Of a stretch of 50,580 nt of DNA, positions 43,970 to 50,580 are shown piece by piece; position 1 is the first letter of the stretch, and every line of letters starts with the position of its first letter. The position numbers and the translations under genes were made by a program. The DNA is taken from the NCBI GenBank assembly GCA_031835245.2, contig JAVKOQ020000101.1:124001-174580 (forward strand), written 5' to 3'. The notes below the pieces were generated by a model. It was not told the DNA's origin. It saw only the letters and a list, made by a program, of their open reading frames with translations, and did no database searches. This stretch comes from Balamuthia mandrillaris. Taxonomy: Eukaryota.

Positions 43970-46900
43970 GTTATGTCTAGTTTTCATACTTAAACATACT
44001 TAAACATTCGAAAAATGCAGCAAGATATGCAGAAAATGGGATGTTCTGTGGACTGGCGGCGTTCCTTCATTACTACTGATGTTAATCCTTACTATGACTC
44101 CTTTGTGCGTTGGCAATTCGAAACTTTGAAAGACTTGGGCAAGATTGAGTTTGGCAAAAGGTTTGTCTTCCTGATCCTTTTAAAAAAGAGAAAAAGAAAC
44201 AAACAATTTATTTTCCATCAACAGGATTTCCATTTACTCACCATTGGATGGCCAATCCTGCGCCGACCACGATCGTGCCTCAGGAGAGGGCGTACAGCCA
44301 CAAGAATATACCTTGATCAAGTTGAAGGTGATCCCTCCCTTCCCTCCCAAAATGGCTGCTTTGGAAGGCAAAGACGTGTTCTTGGTGCCAGGAACCCTCC
44401 GACCTGAGACTATGTACGGCCAAACCAACTGCTTCGTATTGCCAGAGGGTGACTATGGCGCTTTTGAAATTAACGATACTGACGTGTTTGTTTGCACAGC
44501 CCAAGCTGCCAGAAGTATGTCCTTCTTTGTTTTTCTCTTTTCTTTTCTTTGCTCTTCACTTCCCTTTTCCTCTTGATGATAGTCCGCATCGGCTGACAAC
44601 TAAAATAATGATAGATTTGAGCTATCAAGGCTTCTCGAAGGAGTTTGGCAAGTCGGTATGCTTGGCCACCTTCAAAGGCCAAGACTTGATCGGCCTCCCG
44701 TTGAAGGCTCCCTTGGCCCAGTACCCTGTTGTATATACCCTACCCATGAAAACCATCTCCACCACCAAAGCCACTGGTGTGGTCACTAGCGTGCCCAGCG
44801 ATGCTCCCGATGACTATGCCGCCTTGATGGACTTGAAGAAGAAGCAATACAACCGCGATGAGTACGGCGTGAAGGAGGAGTGGGTCATGCCCTTCGAACC
44901 CGTGCCCATCATTGAGATTCCCGGTGTGGGCAACTTGGCGGCCATCACCGCCTGCGAGGCCTTTAAGGTGCAGAGCCACAAGGACAAGGATAAGTTGCTC
45001 AAGGCCAAGGAAATGGTCTACATGAAGGGCTTCTACGAGGGAATCATGCAAGTTGGAGAACATAAGGGAACGTATCCTTTTATTCTTGTGTTTACCTTCA
45101 TTCTTCTGTCTTTTTTTGGCCTTTCTTTTTTGAAATTTGTTTCCTCCTTGACTTTAACTTTTTAAGCCCGGTTCGCGTGGCGAAGCCTTTGATCAAAGAA
45201 GAGTTGTTGGCGGCCGGTTTGGCCGTACCCTACTACGAACCCGCCGAGACGGTCATCTCCCGCTCTGGTGATGTTTGTATCTGCGCCTTGACCGACCAGT
45301 GGTACATCACATATGGCGAGGAGCAATGGAAAGAAAAGACGGCTAAACACTTGGAGCAAAACGTCAACACCTACGGCGACGAGGCTAAGACCTTGTTCAG
45401 GAGAACTTTGGAGTGGTTGAATCAGTGGGCCTGTTCTCGTACTTATGGCTTGGGCACAAAGTTGCCTTGGGACCAGCAGTACTTGATTGAGTCCTTGTCT
45501 GATTCCACTATTTATATGGCTTACTACACTGTGGCTCATTTGTTGCAAGGTTTGCATTCTTTTGCTTTCTGTCTTCACCCCTTCTGTGTTAAACCAAAAA
45601 CAAGTTTGACTCTAATGTCTTTGACTCATGTCTTTTTTTCCTTATGCTTAATTCATGAAGGAGGCGATTTGTATGGCAAGGCAACAGGACCAGCAGGGAT
45701 TAAACCAGAGCAGTTGACACGGAAAGTGTGGGACTACATCTTCTTGAACGGACCCTATCCCGCCTCCGAAACTAACATCCCCGAGGAGACATTGAAGACC
45801 TTGCGAAGAGAGTTTGAGTATTGGTATCCATTGGACTTGCGAGTGTCTGGCAAGGACTTGATTCAGAACCATTTGACCTTTTGCTTGTACACGCACACTG
45901 CCGTCTTCCCTGAGGAGAAGTGTCCTCGCGGCATTCGTGCCAATGGACACGTCCTTTTGAACAAGGAGAAGATGTCCAAGTCTACGGGCAACTTTTTGAC
46001 TTTGAGCGGTACTTCTTCTCTCCTATCTCTTTTCTTTCTTGTTGATTCGTTCCCTCAAATTTTCTTTCTCGTTTCCTCGCATTTGCTTATAACTATTTTG
46101 CGTGCTTTTCTATTTTCTTTTTGTTCTTGTGTATGAATACAGAGGCAATGGAGTTGTTCTCAGTGGACGGAATGAGATTCGCTTTGGCAGATGCCGGTGA
46201 CTCGATGGAAGACGCCAACTTTGCCAACGAGACTGCGGACACGGCTGTTCTCCGTTTGCATGCGCAGCATGAATGGACCAAGGACATTTTGGCCAAGTTG
46301 GACAGCTTGAAAGAGGGAGAGCCCACTGGTTTCTTTGACCTTGTGTTCCAGTCCGAGATCAACAAGGCGATTAAGCAAACAGCTGAGTTTTACGAACAGT
46401 GCGTTTCACTATCCTTTCTTCTTCTTTCTGCTTCTTTCTTCCTTTTTCTTTCTTCTTCGTCCTCTTTCCTCCTTCTTTCTTAGCAAGGATGTTTTGCAAA
46501 ACAACATGTTAGACTTCTGATATTTTTTCATGGAGACATTTTTTTATGCGCTGAGCTCTTTTATCCTTCTTATTCTTCTTCGTCGTTTCTTCTTTCTTCC
46601 TTTTCTTAAAACTTACACTATTATTTATCATTTAGAATGCAATTCCGAGAGGCGTTGCGAACGGGCTTTTATGAATTGCAGAACGCGCGTGACAACTACA
46701 GGTTGGGCGTAAGGGAGGAGAAGAACATGAACCGTGCGTTGGTGATGAGGTTCATTGAAGCGCAGGCCTTGTTGTTGTCTCCCTTCTGTCCTCACTATTG
46801 CGACTACATTTGGACCAAGATGTTGAAGGTTCGTATTTCTTTTTAATTTTGCTTTTATGTTGTACTTCTTTGTTCTTGGCGAGGATGCTTTTGCAAAATT

Positions 46901-47461
46901 AACATGTTAGACTTCTGATCTTTTCATGGAGATACTTTCAAAGCACTGAGCTTCTATTTCTTCATCTTTTCTTTATGCTTTCTCATATCGTCGGTATTTC
47001 TTTAACATTGTTTTGATTGTGTCTACCAGAAACCAACAACCATTTTGAGAGCGCGATGGCCCGAGGGAGGAGAAGTGAATGAACTCTTGCTCCAACAGAA
47101 CGAGTTCTTGCAGGAGAACTTGAAGGGCTTCAGGAAGAAGATGCAGTTCATGGAGGGACAATATGAGGATACCACGAAAGCCTATATCTATGTCAGCAAC
47201 TGTTATCCTGAATGGCAAGCCAAGGCCATTCGTGGTTTGCAAAAAGTTTATCGCAAGGTTTGTTGTCTCTTTTCTCATTTTTCAGAATTCCTTGTTTAAC
47301 TTTAATTCGTTATCTAATATTATCATTTGGATGTGCAGGAGACGAATGATTTCCCAGATGACTTTAGGAACGTCATTGTTGAGGAATTGAAGAACGATGC
47401 TTCGTTGAAGAAGGACATCAAGAAAATAATGGGATTGGTTGGAATCATGCCTGTACGTTTT

Positions 47462-47520
<59 letters not shown>

Positions 47521-48051
47521 CTCTCTCTTCTTGGCAAGGATGTTTTGCAAAACAACATGTTAGACTTCTGATCTTTTTTCTGGAGACACTTTTTAAATGC
47601 ACTGAGCTTCTTTTCCTTCTTCTTGTTTTTGTTATCATTCTGTTTACTCTTCTTTCTCTCTTCTAACACTTTTCTATTGCGAAAATAATAGGAACGAGTA
47701 AAGTTGGAGGGACCAGCGGTATTGAGCTTGGACATCCCATTCGATGAGAAGCAATTCTTTGAGGACCACCGGGACTTCATTCGGGAGTCCTTGGGCTTGG
47801 CCAGCTTGGAGATCTACTTGTCCAGCGATGAGAGCGCCCCTGATCCTGAGAAGAAGAAAGAGGGAGCCATTCCCGGCAAACCCATCTTCACTTTTTATGG
47901 GGCAAAGAAGAAGGCGCCACCCAAGAAGGGAGGGGGTGGAGGTGGTGCTGCCAAGAGCAACAACAACAACAACAAAGGAGGAGCACAAAAAGGAAAAGGA
48001 GGAGCAGGAGAGAAGAAAGCGGCTGCGGGTAAGAAGAAGGGCAGCAACTAA
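43050..48051 (+). CDS. LARS1: Cytosolic leucyl-tRNA synthetase
   Basis: [14 protein letters not shown] (HIGH), [43 protein letters not shown] (editing domain) and KMSKSTGNF; about 12 exons, junctions in phase. Confidence 0.97.
46482..46557 (+). ncRNA. Intronic box C/D snoRNA candidate, copy 1 (snR58/SNORD104-like guide)
   Basis: AGGATGT (degenerate C), guide CATGTTAGACTT, CTGA (D'), TGGAGA (C'), CTGA (D); short terminal stem; conserved in three introns. Confidence 0.75.
46878..46952 (+). ncRNA. Intronic box C/D snoRNA candidate, copy 2
   Basis: Same boxes and identical AACATGTTAGACTTCTGA guide plus D'; spacers diverged. Confidence 0.75.
47533..47608 (+). ncRNA. Intronic box C/D snoRNA candidate, copy 3
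   Basis: Same boxes and guide as copies 1 and 2. Confidence 0.75.
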
Positions 48052-48135
48052 ACAAAACTTTGGTGTTCTTTTTCAAAATATAATTCATTTACATAAGTTC
48101 GGTTCTCAAGAGTCTATCTCTCTTTTATCCTTTAT

Positions 48136-48912
48136 TTACATTGTGACGCACTTGTTGTTGGGGGAAGTGTTCGTGGGCTTGGCCGTTTGGTTGTGTTCGG
48201 TAATCTTTCGGCTTCTTCGCATCGGAGAAAAGCATCCAGGCGTTGCGCCGTCGTTATTGTTGTTTGTGGCCGTCTTCCTCTTGATTTTCTGCTGCTTCTT
48301 TGTGCTCTTCTTCATCTTGTTCTTGTTCTTGTTCTTGTTCTTTTTCTTTTTTTGTTCTTCTGCCTCCTCGTCCTTCCTGCAAGCTTCTCGAATGGCCGTC
48401 TCAAAGACCTGTGCAAGGTTCTCCTGCGTCAATGCGCTGCACTCCACATACTTGGCGCCGACCTGCTGTGCCATGGCCTCGCCGTGAGCCATCGTGACGG
48501 GGACCATCCCTCGAATGGCCAATCGCCGCAGCACAACGGGGTCTTGTCGAAGGTCCGTCTTGAGGCCGACCAGCAGAACGGGCACGTCAGGGCAGTAGCG
48601 TCGCACCTCAGCGGCCCATTTGGCGCGGGCATTGATGAAAGACGGCGGGGAGATGACCGAGAAGCAAACCAGGAAGACGTCGGTGGAGGGGTAGCTGAGC
48701 GGGCGCAGCCGGTCATACTCCTCCTGGCCGGCCGTGTCCCAAAGGCCCAGGCAGTAGACCTTGTCGTCCAGCATGACGTTGGCCGAGTAGTTGTCAAAGA
48801 TGGTGGGCATGTACTCTCCCGGCATGCTGTTGGTGGTGTAGCTGAGCAGCAGGGAGGTCTTCCCCACGGCTCCATCCCCCACCACCACACATTTCACATG
48901 AGTGAACTGCAT
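48136..48912 (-). CDS. Rac/Rho-family small GTPase
   Basis: [50 protein letters not shown], polybasic tail and CAAX CVTM; intronless. Confidence 0.95.
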   Translation of the reverse strand: MQFTHVKCVVVGDGAVGKTSLLLSYTTNSMPGEYMPTIFDNYSANVMLDDKVYCLGLWDTAGQEEYDRLRPLSYPSTDVFLVCFSVISPPSFINARAKWAAEVRRYCPDVPVLLVGLKTDLRQDPVVLRRLAIRGMVPVTMAHGEAMAQQVGAKYVECSALTQENLAQVFETAIREACRKDEEAEEQKKKKNKNKNKNKMKKSTKKQQKIKRKTATNNNNDGATPGCFSPMRRSRKITEHNQTAKPTNTSPNNKCVTM

Positions 48913-49374
48913 CTATCTTTTTTTTTATTGTTGTTGTGTAGCTGAAAGTTACAGAAAAGAATAGACAAAAAAAAAATTGTGTTTGGGTTTTTTGTTTCTT
49001 CCACTACTTGTTGTGTAAGATTGGAAGGAGTGCGCTGTCCAACCAAGCTTTTTGGTGGTGTCTCTCTTCTTTCTATTTTTTGTCGTCTGTGTCCCCCTTC
49101 GGGCTTCGCGTCTGTTTCCCCTCCACTACTGGGGAGGGGACGCCTTCTGCTGTCAACCTCTTCATGCTGTCAAGATTTCTTTGTTCTGTTTCTGTCTTTG
49201 ATGGTATTTGAAATATGTTGAGAATGAATTAATTCATTTATCTAAAAAAATACCTCGAAAAATTTTGCAGAATTAAATGTGGCCTTTGCTAGTTTTGTTG
49301 CACACAGAGCTTTTTGAATATAACAAACACAGAAGGAATAACATAACATAGCCTAACATAACAAACCGTTGACA

Positions 49375-50580
49375 ATGCGCTCCTCGCCAACTTTTACAGC
49401 GCTGCTCCTGGTTTTCGCTTGCTTCCTTGTGCCGTGTTTCTTTGCGGTGGAGCACCACGTTACCCAGCGATGTACCACAGAGATCATTGTAACGCCCGAC
49501 TGGTGCAACCAAAGCCTCACGATCGCGGAGCCAGAAACGTTGACTTTCGACATCCCCGAGGACGGACTTCTGCCAGCAGGAGGCTGCCAACTGTACTTTT
49601 ACGGCTCCGCTCCCAACAAAGGAGTCTATATGCAACTCAGAATTACAGCTAGATTTCTTCACTATCAAGTAAGCTTCGATCCCGAAACGCCGCCTAAATA
49701 TTCTTCACAGTACTCTAGCGTGGCCTTCCTCAAGGGTGCCCTTTGGCTTTCGAACAAACAACCCTCAGAGTATGACTTGAGAAGCAGAGAGGGGCCTATT
49801 CGCAAAGGCACCCTGGAGATAAAAGTTGCTCCCTTCCTTGTTGAGTGCCCCAAAGAGCCTATTGTCTTCGATGCCCCAAAAGGCAGGGTGGACGTCCCTG
49901 TGATAGCCGGTGATTGTCATCTAGAAGTCTGGATAAAACCAAAAAACGTACCGTTGACGAGCTCGTTGGAACTCAACCTGCCATTTGACTCTAATAGTCA
50001 GCAGCTGCCAGTACAGCTATGGAACGGGCTTTGGAGTCACCACCTGCACTACAACTCTAAGCCACAGTCTCTTCGAACACAATTCCCTTGGATAATGATG
50101 CATGTACCTAGTGCTGGCCGCCTCTCTTCTCTCAATAATCAATATAGGAATTGGATTTCTACCATTTCTGGAGAGAGCAAAGCCTGGACTGTTCAAACCC
50201 GTAATGTGTACCCTACGTTTAACTACGATGTCATTCCTTCTCAAACCAATCGAACCACTTGGTGTTTGAGGTTTTACCCTTATGTTTCGGGAAGTTCCAT
50301 GGGCAGGGAGTGGTATTCACGTGAGCAAGAGGTGAAAGATTTTCATTTTCCTTTCCTTGTTTGTTTTCTTACTCACTTATTTTCATGCAACAGGTAGAAC
50401 AAGGAGTGAAGACAAAAGCAATTGCACGAAACACCTGGCAAAAAGAGGCCCAGGACAAGACCCCAAAACTCAATGTGACCATCTACAGTAACGTTAAAGC
50501 ACCACTCCCTGCAGACCGATTCGACCTCGCCTCTCTGCAACTTACTTTCTTTGAAAGCGATTTAACCGCGGCTCCTTCTG
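49375..50580 (+). CDS. Hypothetical secreted or membrane protein (partial; continues beyond the window)
   Basis: Signal-peptide-like start MRSSPTFTALLLVFACFLVPCFFA, long open frame, probable intron at ~50332-50393. Confidence 0.6.

Noticed and set aside
46482..47608. Three spaced repeats considered as a CRISPR-like array or mobile element
   Set aside because: Copies are ~75 nt, separated by exons at irregular distances, and conserve C/D boxes and a guide rather than termini; snoRNA fits better.

Overview
Gene-dense eukaryotic DNA with short GT-AG introns that are often filled with (CT)n/(AG)n microsatellites. Gene content and style suggest a free-living amoebozoan of the Acanthamoeba/Balamuthia type (inference, not verified). 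Recognisable genes: a fimbrin/plastin-like gene, MUS81 (with extra SAM, SWIM and UIM modules), a sulfotransferase-like type II membrane protein, a PPR protein, two CsbD/LEA-like genes, an ICE1-like gene, PCBD, a Miro-like EF-hand protein, WrbA, a thiamine-binding-domain protein, a 3xSH3 protein, a PIN/zinc-knuckle/coiled-coil/TM gene beside tRNA-Gly(GCC), NBS1, a Nudix CoA pyrophosphatase, an F-box gene, an FAD oxidoreductase, DCTN5, cytosolic LeuRS and a Rac GTPase. Five observations stand out. (1) A 46-nt frameshifting insert in MUS81 is antisense to both of its own flanks and is bounded by a GAGCA direct repeat. (2) Three paralogous box C/D snoRNA-like units lie in LeuRS introns. (3) A ~150-nt pre-miRNA-like hairpin sits between the CsbD genes. 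(4) An intronless, effector-like PIN gene lies next to the tRNA. (5) Apparent homologues of ICE1 and FAM104/VCF, best known from animals, are present. All homology calls come from recognising motifs by eye; no searches were run.
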